64,000 nt of DNA from an uncultured Prevotella sp. (GTDB lineage Bacteria > Bacteroidota > Bacteroidia > Bacteroidales > Bacteroidaceae): contig CAYPJA010000008.1 in the NCBI GenBank assembly GCA_964411005.1, positions 12,924 to 76,923 on the forward strand, read 5' to 3'. The stretch's first letter is position 1; every line of letters begins with the position of its first letter. The notes under the pieces were generated by a model that did no database searches, was not told the DNA's origin, and worked only from the letters and a program-made list of their open reading frames with translations. The translations under genes and the position numbers were made by a program. Of this stretch, positions 26,944-36,899 are shown in pieces.

Positions 26944-29175
26944 TTACAAAGCGGCGAGTTTGCGCAGAGAGGCTTCCTCGCCAACTATCCACACGATGTC
27001 GCCCTTGCGGAACTTGCGTGAGGGGTTGATCATCGTCAGGCTCTCTTGTCCTTCTTCCACACCGACGACCATGCAGTCGTAAGTGTCGCGGATATGGCTG
27101 TCGCGCAGGGTCTTTCCAATGAGTGGATTGTCCTCGCCGAGGACAAGTTTGCGTAGCTTCATCTCTCGCTGCTCAATGTCGGGGTCGCTGGCCACGAGTT
27201 CCTGCTTGACGGCCTGTCCGAGAGAGGCGAGTTGCTCGTCGCTGCCGATGACCTGCAGGCGGTCGCCGGGGAAGACGATCGCGTCACCGCCGGGAATGTT
27301 GATGCGTTGGCTACCGCGCAAGATGCTGCTTACGTGGACACCGAATCGCTCGCGAAGCCGGAGTTGGGCCAGCGTCTTGCCTGCCCACTCGCTGTCTTCT
27401 GGCAGGTCAAAGTCGCTGATGTGGATATCGCGGTCGAGCAGGTGTCCCTCATAGAGTGGACGCTTGTGGCCATGCACCTGTGCTTCGATGTCGCGTGAGT
27501 GGAGGTTCTGAATGAACATGCGCTCCAGACGGATGCTGCGGTGCTTGAGACGGCGCGAGAGCACCATGAGCACGATGACCACCATGGCAAGCGTGATGAC
27601 GACGGCATTGGCGAAGCGGGCCAGGAAGTTGCATATATAGAAGAGGAAGGCGGCGGCAATGGCCACACGCACCAGCACCGTGAAGAGCAATGGAAGCCGG
27701 TTGAGGCGACTCTTTGTCCACAAGCGCCGGAATTCGTCACTGTGATTGTTCTTCATAATCATGGCTCGCATGAAGGGAGAGATAAACACCACCGTGAGCA
27801 CACCGCACACGCCGTTGGCCCACCAGTGGGGCAGAATGTGGCGGATGAACGGCAGGAAGAATGTGAGCATGACCGCAGTGACAGCTACGCAGAGGATGCT
27901 GTAGACGAGTGTGTTGAATCCCATCTTGCGCAATAGGCGTTTCCAGTCGCTCTGTTCCTCGACGGTGTTTTGATGGGCGGTGCCGAGATGGTTGAGCCGT
28001 CTTGTCCAACGCTTCGGCAGTTGGTGCTCCAGCAGGCTATATGCCGGTACGGCGGCTCGAATCATATAAGGTGTGAGGAAAGTTGTGATGACGCTGACGG
28101 CCACCACGACTGGATAGAGATAGTTGCTGATTACGCCCAGCGACAAGCCGAGCGAGGCGATGATGAAGGCAAACTCGCCGATTTGCGCCAACGAGAAGCC
28201 GCAGCGCATGGCCGTCTTGAGCGGTTGGCCGCTGAGCATGAAGCCCATCGTGCCGAAGATGGCTTGACCGCCAAGGATGGTCAGCACGAGCATGAGGATG
28301 GGGAAGGCATATTCAGCAAGAATCTTCGGCTCGACGAGCATGCCGACCGACACGAAGAAGATGGCACCGAAGAGATTCTTTACCGGCTCTACGAGGCGGA
28401 TAATGCGGTCGGCCTCAATGGTCTCGGCGATGATGCTGCCCATGACGAAGGCACCGAACGCGCCGCTGAACCCCACGGCTTCGGCCACGACGAACATCAG
28501 GCAGCAAAGGCCAAGCGAGACAATGAGCATGGTCTCGTCGGTCATCAGGCGGCGTGTGTAGCGGAAGAAGGAGGGAATGAGGAAGAGTCCGATGACAAAC
28601 CATAGTACCAGGAAGAAGCCAATCTTGAGCAGGCTTTCCAGCATTTGACCGCCGTCGGGATTGCTGCCGCTGGCGATAGCCGACAGCATGACCATCAGCA
28701 CGATGGCGAGAATGTCTTCCAGAATGAGCACCGACATGACGAGGCCGGCAAAGCGTTGCTGTCGCAGCCCCATGTCGTCGAACGCCTTATAAATAATGGT
28801 GGTCGACGACATGGCGAGCATGCCGCCGAGAAAGATGCAGTCCATGCGGTTCCATCCGAAGGCATGGCCCACGCCCATGCCGAGAAGCATCATGCAGAAG
28901 ATGATGGTTACGGCTGAGATGACCGGTGCCATACCCATCTTGAGAATCTTTTTGATGGAGAAGTCGAGCCCGAGCGAGAACAGCAGGAACATCACGCCGA
29001 TGTCAGCCCATTGCTGAATGTCGGCCTTGTCAACGACCGACATCGTGTAGGGCATGTTCGGCGAGACCAGGAATCCGGCCACGATATATCCCAGCACCAG
29101 TGGTTGCTTGAGTTTCTTGAATACCAGCGTCACGATACCGGCCATGACGAGGATGAGGGCAAGATCCTTGATCAT
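26944..29175 (-). CDS. CPA2 cation:proton antiporter with two TrkA-C (RCK_C) domains
   Basis: KQPLVLGYI, SSTTII, ILEDI, FFVSVG and QIGEF motifs. Two C-terminal GKTL..LR...G..V domains. Confidence 0.9.
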   Translation of the reverse strand: MIKDLALILVMAGIVTLVFKKLKQPLVLGYIVAGFLVSPNMPYTMSVVDKADIQQWADIGVMFLLFSLGLDFSIKKILKMGMAPVISAVTIIFCMMLLGMGVGHAFGWNRMDCIFLGGMLAMSSTTIIYKAFDDMGLRQQRFAGLVMSVLILEDILAIVLMVMLSAIASGSNPDGGQMLESLLKIGFFLVLWFVIGLFLIPSFFRYTRRLMTDETMLIVSLGLCCLMFVVAEAVGFSGAFGAFVMGSIIAETIEADRIIRLVEPVKNLFGAIFFVSVGMLVEPKILAEYAFPILMLVLTILGGQAIFGTMGFMLSGQPLKTAMRCGFSLAQIGEFAFIIASLGLSLGVISNYLYPVVVAVSVITTFLTPYMIRAAVPAYSLLEHQLPKRWTRRLNHLGTAHQNTVEEQSDWKRLLRKMGFNTLVYSILCVAVTAVMLTFFLPFIRHILPHWWANGVCGVLTVVFISPFMRAMIMKNNHSDEFRRLWTKSRLNRLPLLFTVLVRVAIAAAFLFYICNFLARFANAVVITLAMVVIVLMVLSRRLKHRSIRLERMFIQNLHSRDIEAQVHGHKRPLYEGHLLDRDIHISDFDLPEDSEWAGKTLAQLRLRERFGVHVSSILRGSQRINIPGGDAIVFPGDRLQVIGSDEQLASLGQAVKQELVASDPDIEQREMKLRKLVLGEDNPLIGKTLRDSHIRDTYDCMVVGVEEGQESLTMINPSRKFRKGDIVWIVGEEASLRKLAAL

Positions 29176-29201
29176 ATTCAAAAGAGAACTTTAAAAGTAA
29201 T

Positions 29202-29243
29202 AAAAAATCCCCTCCCTTGGAGTGGGGCTCTCTCGGGAGGGGT
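29202..29243 (-). terminator. Intrinsic terminator after pepT
   Basis: Minus strand CCCCTCCC...GGGAGGGG followed by ATTTTTT. Confidence 0.7.
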
Positions 29244-29251
29244 GACGGAGT

Positions 29252-30475
29252 TTAGTCGTTGTATTCTTCCGTGAGCTTGCAGATATTGGTGATGACCTCT
29301 ACAGCCTTCTGCATGACCTGAATGGAGACAAACTCGTAAGGGCCATGGAAATTGACGCCGCCGGCAAAGATGTTCGGGCACGGAAGTCCACGGAATGACA
29401 GTTGCGCGCCGTCGGTGCCGCCACGGATGGGCTCCACTTTCGGCGTGACGCCGCAGAGTTCCATGGCCTTGATGACGATGTCAATGACGTGCATGTTGGG
29501 GTCTATCTTCTCCTTCATGTTGTAATACTGATCACGCAGTTCCACCGTCACCGTGCCTTCGCCGTATATCTCGTTCATCTTCTTGGCGATGTCCTCGATG
29601 AAGTCTTTGCGGTCTTCAAACTTCTCGCGGTCGTGGTCGCGGATGATGTAGCTGAGCTTGGCCTCCTCACAATGGCTCTCAATGCCGAGCAGATGGTAGA
29701 ATCCCTCATAGCCTTCGGTGGTCTCGGGAATCTCGTTTTCGGGAATATAGCTATTGAACTCGCATGCCAAGCGGCTGGCGTTGATCATCTTGCCCTTGGC
29801 GTAGCCCGTGTGGACGCTCACGCCTTTGATGGTTACTTTGGCTGCGGCGGCATTGAAGTTCTCGTATTCCAGGTCGCCGATGTCGCCACCGTCCATGGTG
29901 TAGGCCCAGTCGCAGGCGAACTTCTCGACATCGAAGTGCTTGGCGCCCATGCCGATCTCCTCATCAGGATTGAAGGCCACACGGATGTTGCCGTGCTTGA
30001 TCTCGTCGTGGTCGCGCAGATAGCACATGGCCTGTACGATTTCAGCAATGCCGGCCTTGTCGTCGGCGCCGAGCAGCGTAGTGCCATCAGTGACGATGAG
30101 GTCCTCACCCTTGTGGGCCAGCAGCTCGGGAAACTTCTTCGGCGAGGAGACTATTCCAGGCGAGAGCTCGATGTCGCCGCCGTCATAGTTGCTTATGATG
30201 CGCGCTTTGATGTTGGCGCCGCTGGCATCGAGGGCCGTGTCGTAGTGGGAGATGAAGCCGATGGTGGGTGTCTTCTTCTTGGTGTTGGCCGGCAATGTGG
30301 CGTAGATGTAGCCCATGTCGTCCATCTCGACATCCTTAAGTCCCTCTTTTTCGAGCTCTTCTTTCAGATACTTGGCAAAGACGAGTTGCTTCGCCGTGGA
30401 AGGCACCGTACCGGTATCCTCGGCCGACTGCGTGTCAAACTTGGTGTAATTGATGAATCTTTCTGCTATTTCCAT
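29252..30475 (-). CDS. pepT: Peptidase T (tripeptidase)
   Basis: [34 protein letters not shown] motifs. Confidence 0.95.
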   Translation of the reverse strand: MEIAERFINYTKFDTQSAEDTGTVPSTAKQLVFAKYLKEELEKEGLKDVEMDDMGYIYATLPANTKKKTPTIGFISHYDTALDASGANIKARIISNYDGGDIELSPGIVSSPKKFPELLAHKGEDLIVTDGTTLLGADDKAGIAEIVQAMCYLRDHDEIKHGNIRVAFNPDEEIGMGAKHFDVEKFACDWAYTMDGGDIGDLEYENFNAAAAKVTIKGVSVHTGYAKGKMINASRLACEFNSYIPENEIPETTEGYEGFYHLLGIESHCEEAKLSYIIRDHDREKFEDRKDFIEDIAKKMNEIYGEGTVTVELRDQYYNMKEKIDPNMHVIDIVIKAMELCGVTPKVEPIRGGTDGAQLSFRGLPCPNIFAGGVNFHGPYEFVSIQVMQKAVEVITNICKLTEEYND

Positions 30476-30782
30476 TGAATCTTATCGGTTTAGTTTTCGT
30501 TCTTTTAGTCTTGCAAATATACTAATTTTGCGTCAAACGGCAAAACATTGGGCTTAAAAGTTCATTTTAAGTCTTTTAATCTGTTGATAAAATTGGCACG
30601 TTTACACTCGTTTTTGTGACGTTTGGTTGAAAAAGGGTGGCGTTTGTACACATATTGAGTGGAAAGGTGTTGCGGGGACGGACGGTTTTTCTTACTTTTG
30701 CACATTGAAAATTGCTGTTTTTGCCCCTTCACGGGCTTTTCATTCAACAAAACGCTACTATGCGTTTTCATATAAAAGACCA

Positions 30783-31619
30783 ATGAGAACTGAACGCTGT
30801 TTCACTCGAAGTGTCACCTATATACTTCCAGCAGCCCTGTCGTTGTCAGTGCCGTGCCAAGCCGCAACAGTCTCAGACGGAAGCGGGCGGACGGGCCTTG
30901 TCGTGATGTTGGCTCTTGCCGCTGTGCAGTTCTTGTTGTTGGTGCTGGTCATTCGCCTTATCAAACAGCTCCGACAGACAGCCGGGCAGGAAATCACGAG
31001 GCTCAAACTGAGTGCGGCGCGCGGAAAAATCTCGCCTCACTTTGTGTTCAACGTGCTTAATAGTTACATCGCCAGCACGACTCATGCCGAGGCCGGACAC
31101 CTATCGGCACTGACTAAGCTCATCCGTGCCAACCTCGACTTGTCTGGGCGCACGACTGTGACGCTTCAAGAGGAACTCGACTATGTGGCAGGTTATGTCA
31201 GCGTGGAGAAGCAGATGCTTCTGGATGACGACTTTGAATACTGCGTTGACATTGGTGACGGTATCCGGACCGGTAGTGTGTGCTTGCCCCCAATGTTGGT
31301 GCAGATTATGGTCGAGAACGCTTTCGTGCACGCGCTGAGGGGACGTCGCGGTCACAAGACACTTGCCATACGCGTCCGGCGCAATAGCTACGGAACGGCC
31401 ATCGCCGTGCTCGATAATGGGCCGGGCTTCGACATACGTCGTGGTGTGGGACGTGGACGGACCGGACTCAACATCATTCGTCAGACCGTTAGCCTTGCTA
31501 ACACTTGTAATCGGCGGTACATGACGTTCAATATGCGCAACACCACCGGACGAGATGGAAACATAAGTGGTTGCGAAGCTGAGATTTTCATTCCCGACCA
31601 GTTCAAATATCCTCTATAA
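30783..31619 (+). CDS. LytS/YehU-type sensor histidine kinase with minimal input region
   Basis: ISPHFVFNVLN H-box, L.EEL, P..L.Q..VENA..H, DNGPG, GL motifs. Confidence 0.85.
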   Translation: MRTERCFTRSVTYILPAALSLSVPCQAATVSDGSGRTGLVVMLALAAVQFLLLVLVIRLIKQLRQTAGQEITRLKLSAARGKISPHFVFNVLNSYIASTTHAEAGHLSALTKLIRANLDLSGRTTVTLQEELDYVAGYVSVEKQMLLDDDFEYCVDIGDGIRTGSVCLPPMLVQIMVENAFVHALRGRRGHKTLAIRVRRNSYGTAIAVLDNGPGFDIRRGVGRGRTGLNIIRQTVSLANTCNRRYMTFNMRNTTGRDGNISGCEAEIFIPDQFKYPL

Positions 31620-31678
31620 TAAATTAAGGTGGAACCCGAACAGACTAACACATAAAACAAACGATATAAAAAACAAAA

Positions 31679-32416
31679 ATGAAACTGATTATCATTGACG
31701 ACAACCCGCAATCATGCGCCGACTTGCAGCAGAAGCTCGGCAAGTATGAAGACATGCAGGTGGCTGGCGTGGCCCACCACGGCTTCGACGGTCTGGAACT
31801 CATCAATCGCTGCCGACCCGATGTTGTATTTCTCGACGTGGAACTGCCCGACGTGGCTGGGCTCTCCTTCCTCGAACGGTCGGCCTATCTACAGGAGAGT
31901 GGCTGCCGGGTGGTTGTTTATACGGCCTACGACAAGTATATCCTGCCCGCTCTGCGCAAGAAAGCTCATGATGTGCTCTTGAAGCCCGTTGATGAGAAGG
32001 AGCTGGAGGTGGTTGTCAAGCGGTTGCACGAGACCGACAATCGGCCCAAGGCTGTCAGCGGAAGCACCAGCGATGACGACAAGTATGTACTTTTCACGAA
32101 CAGCGTCGACTTCACTGTTATAGGTCAGACCGACGTAGGTCTTTTTCAGTATAATCCCGACACCCGCAGTTGGGAAGCTGTTGTAGCTGGCATTGGCTAT
32201 CCTGTCAAGCTAAGACGCAATATCAAAGGCGATCGGCTGAAAGAATTTGGACCGCAGTTTGTGCGTGTGCATCAGCGTTACATTATTAACGTCGACTATC
32301 TGCTTAACGTTGTTGACACCCGTTGCCACTTCTTCCCACCGTTCGACAAGGTTGATTACGTGGTGGTAGGACGCATCTACCGCGAAAAGCTGCTCAACCG
32401 CTTCCAAAGCCTTTGA
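31679..32416 (+). CDS. LytTR-family response regulator
   Basis: IIDD, VFLDVE, TAY, LLKP receiver domain. FVRVHQRYIIN LytTR motif. Confidence 0.9.
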   Translation: MKLIIIDDNPQSCADLQQKLGKYEDMQVAGVAHHGFDGLELINRCRPDVVFLDVELPDVAGLSFLERSAYLQESGCRVVVYTAYDKYILPALRKKAHDVLLKPVDEKELEVVVKRLHETDNRPKAVSGSTSDDDKYVLFTNSVDFTVIGQTDVGLFQYNPDTRSWEAVVAGIGYPVKLRRNIKGDRLKEFGPQFVRVHQRYIINVDYLLNVVDTRCHFFPPFDKVDYVVVGRIYREKLLNRFQSL

Positions 32417-32541
32417 ACCTCAACGGCCGGCGCTCCCGACTTCATAAACAGGAAGGGGTGTCGGCTGCTCTCTTTTTCGGTGCACCGGTGGCGCGCCTCT
32501 GATTTGTCGGGTAATCCTTAAGGCGATTCCGGACGAGACAT

Positions 32542-32569
32542 AAAAAAGGGATGTCAGTGATGACATCCC
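32542..32569 (-). terminator. Terminator downstream of the tRNA
   Basis: Minus strand GGGATGTCA-TCAC-TGACATCCC followed by TTTTTT. Confidence 0.85.
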
Positions 32570-32577
32570 ATATCAAG

Positions 32578-32651
32578 TGACCCCGGCGGGACTCAAACCC
32601 ACGACACTCAGAACCGGAATCTGATGCTCTATTCAACTGAGCTACGGGGCC
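32578..32651 (-). tRNA. tRNA-Arg(CCG)
   Basis: GGCCCCGTAGCTCAGTTGAATAGAGCATCAGATTCCGGTTCTGAGTGTCGTGGGTTTGAGTCCCGCCGGGGTCA folds as a cloverleaf. Anticodon CCG; CCA not encoded. Confidence 0.95.
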
Positions 32652-32724
32652 TTAATGGTCATTTGTGAGTGCAAATTTATAAAAAAAACGCCAATTGTGC
32701 AAGCATTTGGCATTTTTTCTTTCA

Positions 32725-32823
32725 TTAAATGCGGTGTGTGTGGCGACCGCCCCACAAAGGGAAGTCGGTGATGAACTCGCAACCGAGTGCCACGACGGCA
32801 ATGCTGAGAATGAAATAGCCCAT
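32725..32823 (-). CDS. 32-aa small hydrophobic protein MGYFILSIAVVALGCEFITDFPLWGGRHTHRI
   Basis: Manual translation. A-rich 5' UTR, -7-like GACCTTTG (32854-32847), Crp/Fnr-type box at 32916-32929. Confidence 0.5.
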   Translation of the reverse strand: MGYFILSIAVVALGCEFITDFPLWGGRHTHRI

Positions 32824-32915
32824 TTCTGAATCTATTTTTTTGTTTGCAAAGGTCGCATGTTTCCGGTAGAAAAGGAAAGTGGCAGTATGTGTTTCTTTGC
32901 ATTGTCATCGTTTTC

Positions 32916-32929
32916 TTGACGCATATCAA
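32916..32929. promoter_or_regulatory. Crp/Fnr-type box TTGACGCATATCAA
   Basis: Matches TTGAY-N4-RTCAA. Same distance to the -7 element as box 1 at 2227. Confidence 0.5.
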
Positions 32930-33092
32930 ATGCCGGGAAATGATCTGTAATAACCATGGATGTTGCGTTTTGTAATATTTTTGCGGTATTATTTGTCGTT
33001 TTGTGAAAATAAAGTAAAAAATGCTTGCTATAATTCTTGGAAATAAGTAACTTTGCAAACGTTACACCACAATAACAAAACAGTTATAGGTT

Positions 33093-34130
33093 ATGAGTCA
33101 ACTTATCATCCCAAACGGCTATCATCCACTGCTTGACCGACATAAAACCGAGCAAGGCATTAAGCTTATCAAAGATTTCTTCCAGCAGAACTTGTCGACT
33201 GAATTGCGTCTGCGTCGCGTCACGGCACCGCTCTTCGTTTTGCAGGGGCTTGGCATCAATGATGACCTCAATGGTGTGGAGCGTCCTGTGACATTCCCCA
33301 TTCGCGACATGGGTGACGCGCGGGCTGAGGTGGTGCACTCGTTGGCCAAATGGAAGCGGCTCGCGCTGGCCGAAGACGGAGTGGAACCCGGTTACGGCAT
33401 CTATACCGACATGAATGCCATCCGCGCCGATGAGGAGCTTGACAATCTCCATTCACTGTATGTCGACCAGTGGGACTGGGAAGCCGTCATTACCCGCGAC
33501 CAACGAACGGTGGCTTTCTTGGAAAGCATTGTGAGGCGCATCTATTCGGCCATTCTCCGCACTGAGTATCTAACCTGTGAGACCTACGATGATATCACCC
33601 CCTTCCTTCCTGCCGACATCCACTTCATCCACGCGCAAGACCTGCTCAACCGCTATCCCGGTTTGTCTCCCAAGGAGCGTGAGGATGCCATCTGCAAGGA
33701 GTATGGAGCCGTCTTCGTCGAAGGCATCGGCGGCCATCTCAGTGACGGTAGAAAGCATGACGGGCGTGCTCCCGACTACGACGACTGGTCGACCGTGGCA
33801 GAGAACGGCAAGGCCGGACTCAATGGTGACATCCTTATCTGGTATCCGGTGTTGGAACGTTCCTTTGAGCTCAGCTCCATGGGCATTCGCGTTGACCGCG
33901 AAGCCCTGCTTCGCCAGCTCAAGACAGAGGGCAAGGAAGATCGCGAAAGGCTCTATTTCCACCGCTTGTTGCTCGACGGGAAACTGCCGCTGAGCATCGG
34001 TGGCGGCATTGGACAGAGCCGCCTCTGCATGGTGTTGCTTCACAAGGCTCATATCGGTGAGATACAGGCCAGCATCTGGCCCGACGGCATGCAGCGTGCG
34101 TGTTGTGAGGCCGGTATGCCATTGATATAG
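33093..34130 (+). CDS. asnA: Aspartate-ammonia ligase
   Basis: EVVHSLAKWKR, YVDQWDWE, RAPDYDDW, SSMGIRV, GGGIGQSR motifs. Confidence 0.96.
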   Translation: MSQLIIPNGYHPLLDRHKTEQGIKLIKDFFQQNLSTELRLRRVTAPLFVLQGLGINDDLNGVERPVTFPIRDMGDARAEVVHSLAKWKRLALAEDGVEPGYGIYTDMNAIRADEELDNLHSLYVDQWDWEAVITRDQRTVAFLESIVRRIYSAILRTEYLTCETYDDITPFLPADIHFIHAQDLLNRYPGLSPKEREDAICKEYGAVFVEGIGGHLSDGRKHDGRAPDYDDWSTVAENGKAGLNGDILIWYPVLERSFELSSMGIRVDREALLRQLKTEGKEDRERLYFHRLLLDGKLPLSIGGGIGQSRLCMVLLHKAHIGEIQASIWPDGMQRACCEAGMPLI

Positions 34131-34172
34131 AATCACCCACACATTGTCGTTCTGACTCAAGGGGTACGACAC

Positions 34173-34221
34173 AAAAAAACAGGCAACTGCAGTCAGAGTT
34201 CTGGCGGCGGTTGCCTGTTTT
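34173..34221. terminator. Bidirectional terminator between convergent genes
   Basis: AAAAAAACAGGCAACTGC...GCGGTTGCCTGTTTT. Confidence 0.8.
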
Positions 34222-34247
34222 AGTTGCGGTAGAACTGTTTCCTCGGC

Positions 34248-35144
34248 TTACTTCAGTGTGGCTTTCGATGTGATGGTCATCTCCATGCCAAACATGTTGG
34301 TCTTCATGTCGCTGTTGATGTGCTGAGGCCAGCCCTTGTCACCGAAAGTCATCGACTCAGTGCCGCTCATTTCGACGTTGGCCAGACCCATGGCCACCAT
34401 CTGTGGCCAGCCGGCCTCTATCTGTGTGGCGGCCTCTTCCTGTCCAGCTGCCTTCAACTGTGTCAGGAGCATTTGTTTCACGTCATCGGTCGTCATGTCA
34501 GGCGAATAGGTCACGTCAATGCGTTTGCCGTCGGCTGAGACCGTGTAGGCGCGTTTTGCCTTGATGCCCATGACGTTGAACTTGTCGGTGTCGCCGGTCT
34601 TCAGTAGCTTGCCGAAGTATTTGAACAGGCCCGATTGGTCGATGGCGGCCAATATCGTGCTGTCGTTACAGACATAGTTGGTTATGCCTTCGGCGGCTTC
34701 CTGCCCGTCATTGTCTTTTTTCAGTGAGTTGAGATATTCGCTCATCTTCGTCTTGATCTCGCTGATGTTGAGTACGTGGCGGGGTGTTCCATCGAGGTTG
34801 ACCGACATCAGAACGGGCGTCTTGCCCAGCGACTGTATGTTGCCGAAGCTCTCGCTGAACGGTTCGCTGCCTGTGGCAGTCATCTCCTTGGGCATATCCA
34901 TGCGTGTAACGACTGTTTCGATGATGGCGCTGTCCTTATTGACTGTCTTCACGGTGTAGCGTTGGTCACACGACATATGCATGTCCTGTACGTTCATGCC
35001 GGCCTGGGGCATGTTCATCTTCATGGTAGCCTCACTGGTGTAGGTGAATACATCGCCTTCCCGCAGTTGAGGGCGGAATGTAGTTTGCGCCTGCATGGCC
35101 AGCGTCGTGAAAGCCAGGGCAAGCAGAGTGAGTTTTGTTTTCAT
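34248..35144 (-). CDS. Hypothetical secreted protein
   Basis: Signal peptide MKTKLTLLALAFTTLAMQA. Long ORF with host-like codons. Confidence 0.75.
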   Translation of the reverse strand: MKTKLTLLALAFTTLAMQAQTTFRPQLREGDVFTYTSEATMKMNMPQAGMNVQDMHMSCDQRYTVKTVNKDSAIIETVVTRMDMPKEMTATGSEPFSESFGNIQSLGKTPVLMSVNLDGTPRHVLNISEIKTKMSEYLNSLKKDNDGQEAAEGITNYVCNDSTILAAIDQSGLFKYFGKLLKTGDTDKFNVMGIKAKRAYTVSADGKRIDVTYSPDMTTDDVKQMLLTQLKAAGQEEAATQIEAGWPQMVAMGLANVEMSGTESMTFGDKGWPQHINSDMKTNMFGMEMTITSKATLK

Positions 35145-35193
35145 TGTTGTTTATGTTTAATTATGTGGTAAGGAATATGGAACTGGCCTCTGC

Positions 35194-36096
35194 TTAGTGT
35201 ATGGTGATGTGATAGCTGGCCATGAAGGATGCGCCGGGGAGCAGGCGGTTCATGAGATACTTGTCACTGAATTCTCCCGCATATTCGTCCATGTCGCAGA
35301 TGCCGTACCAGGGTTCAATACATACAAAGGGAGCGTCCATGCCCGTGGGGCTCCAGATGCCAACGGCCGGACTCTTGATGTCGACCGTGACGTGTGGCTC
35401 GCCCGTGAGTTCCAGCAGTTGAAGGCGGCTCACTTGGCTTTCGTCGAAGATCAGTGCGTCGGCGTCAAAAGTGTGTGTCGAGGCGTTGATAGTGCCGGTG
35501 GCGGCGTCGAAGAGTTGTGGATCGGTTTCGGGCAGACCGTAGTTGATGTCGTGGTGGCCGAAGAGCAGCAGGCCGTGGTCGCTGATGGATAGCTTCTTCG
35601 GTGCCTTGTTGTCAATGCGGATGCGGGCCTTGAGCGGTTTTCCTGCCTTCCAGCCAGGAATGAGAAATGCCGGATGACCACCGATTTGGAAGAACATAGG
35701 CTCATGTCCGGTGTTCTCAATGTGCCAGATTACGTCGATACGGTTGCCTGTGAGCTTGTAGGTCACGCCGAGGTTGAACGGGAACGGATATTGCCGCAGC
35801 GTCTCCTCGCTCTCGTGGATGGCATAGGTGAGCTGATGCTCGCCCTGCGCTACGAGTGTGAAGGCGGCGTCGCGCAGGAAGCCGTGCTTGCCCATCTTGT
35901 AGGTGTGGCCGTGCAGCCGGTATTCACCGCCAGCCAAACCACCGATAATTGGGAAGAGCAGTGGCGAGCGGCGGTGCCAGTATTGGGGATCGCCTTGCCA
36001 AAGGTATTCCTCGCCCTTGGCGTTCTTGATGCTCTGCAGTTCGGCGCCTTTGGCCGATACTTCCACGCAGAGCAGGTTGTTCTTGATTTGTTCCAT
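35194..36096 (-). CDS. Aldose 1-epimerase family protein (LacX-like)
   Basis: GAEL.S, EYLWQGD..W...SP.LFP, HGF.R, G.HPAF, FVCIEPW motifs. Confidence 0.9.
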   Translation of the reverse strand: MEQIKNNLLCVEVSAKGAELQSIKNAKGEEYLWQGDPQYWHRRSPLLFPIIGGLAGGEYRLHGHTYKMGKHGFLRDAAFTLVAQGEHQLTYAIHESEETLRQYPFPFNLGVTYKLTGNRIDVIWHIENTGHEPMFFQIGGHPAFLIPGWKAGKPLKARIRIDNKAPKKLSISDHGLLLFGHHDINYGLPETDPQLFDAATGTINASTHTFDADALIFDESQVSRLQLLELTGEPHVTVDIKSPAVGIWSPTGMDAPFVCIEPWYGICDMDEYAGEFSDKYLMNRLLPGASFMASYHITIH

Positions 36097-36117
36097 TGTT
36101 GATAGAGATTGTTTTTG

Positions 36118-36675
36118 TTAATGATTTCTTACGTTGAAGATACGCCAGCTGTAGAAGAAGGCGACAACGAAGACGAGAACGAAGAAGGCGAAGAACAGAG
36201 TCCATGCCGTATCTGAATCGACGATTCGGTTTTGGCCTAAAGCCAGCGTGACGCTGCCGAACATTAGTGTCATCGGAATGCACGTCACGCGGCACATCTG
36301 TGAGGCCAGACGCGTTTGTTCCACGTTCTTGATCGGCGTCAGTGTGTTGACCATAGTCTGCGGATGATAGGCCGCATAGAGCATCATGGCTGCGCTGAAC
36401 GTGCCGAAGACTGGCATGGGAAACACCATGGCGCGTGAGCCATACTCGCGCACGCTGCCATCGGCATGGAAGCCCGTCGGGATGATGTCGGGCGACTGCA
36501 CAAACGTGGCGACTGCCAGTACCCATAGGGCCACGACCAACACGATGTTGACTGCCTCCAGCAGGTTGCCCTCATGGGTGCGGAGTACGCGCACGGTCTC
36601 TTTGCTGTTCGCTGTTTTCGTCTTGCCCAGAAAGCTTAGGTGCTTCCGTAGTGGGGTGTCATGATTCTTTTCCAT
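36118..36675 (-). CDS. DUF1648 membrane protein
   Basis: PD.IP..F...G....YG motif with four TM segments. Confidence 0.75.
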   Translation of the reverse strand: MEKNHDTPLRKHLSFLGKTKTANSKETVRVLRTHEGNLLEAVNIVLVVALWVLAVATFVQSPDIIPTGFHADGSVREYGSRAMVFPMPVFGTFSAAMMLYAAYHPQTMVNTLTPIKNVEQTRLASQMCRVTCIPMTLMFGSVTLALGQNRIVDSDTAWTLFFAFFVLVFVVAFFYSWRIFNVRNH

Positions 36676-36853
36676 CTTCTTGAGATATTACGTGATGCTT
36701 GCGTTTGGGCAGCCGGCGGGCTTTGCGCAGAGCCTCGGTGATGATCCACTGCAACTGTCCGTTGGTGGACCTAAACTCGTCGGCCGCCCATTTCTCCACG
36801 GCTCCCATCGTGTCAGGATCGAGTCGCAGGATGAATGATTTGCTTTTTGCCAT
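36659..36853 (-). CDS. Arc/ribbon-helix-helix DNA-binding protein
   Basis: K.F.LRLD......VEKWAADEFRSTNGQLQW motif. Confidence 0.88.
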   Translation of the reverse strand: MAKSKSFILRLDPDTMGAVEKWAADEFRSTNGQLQWIITEALRKARRLPKRKHHVISQEDGKES

Positions 36854-36899
36854 TTGCCCGGTTTTGTTCTTTAAGTCGTTTTGACCCTTTTCGGCTTTC

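Noticed and set aside
32420-32660. tRNA-Arg as an integration site for an island containing the two-component system
   Set aside because: No integrase and no duplicated tRNA 3' end found. The terminator follows the tRNA directly.
32442-33058. ORFs 32442-32636 and 32642-33058
   Set aside because: They overlap the tRNA and promoters, and their composition is not protein-like.
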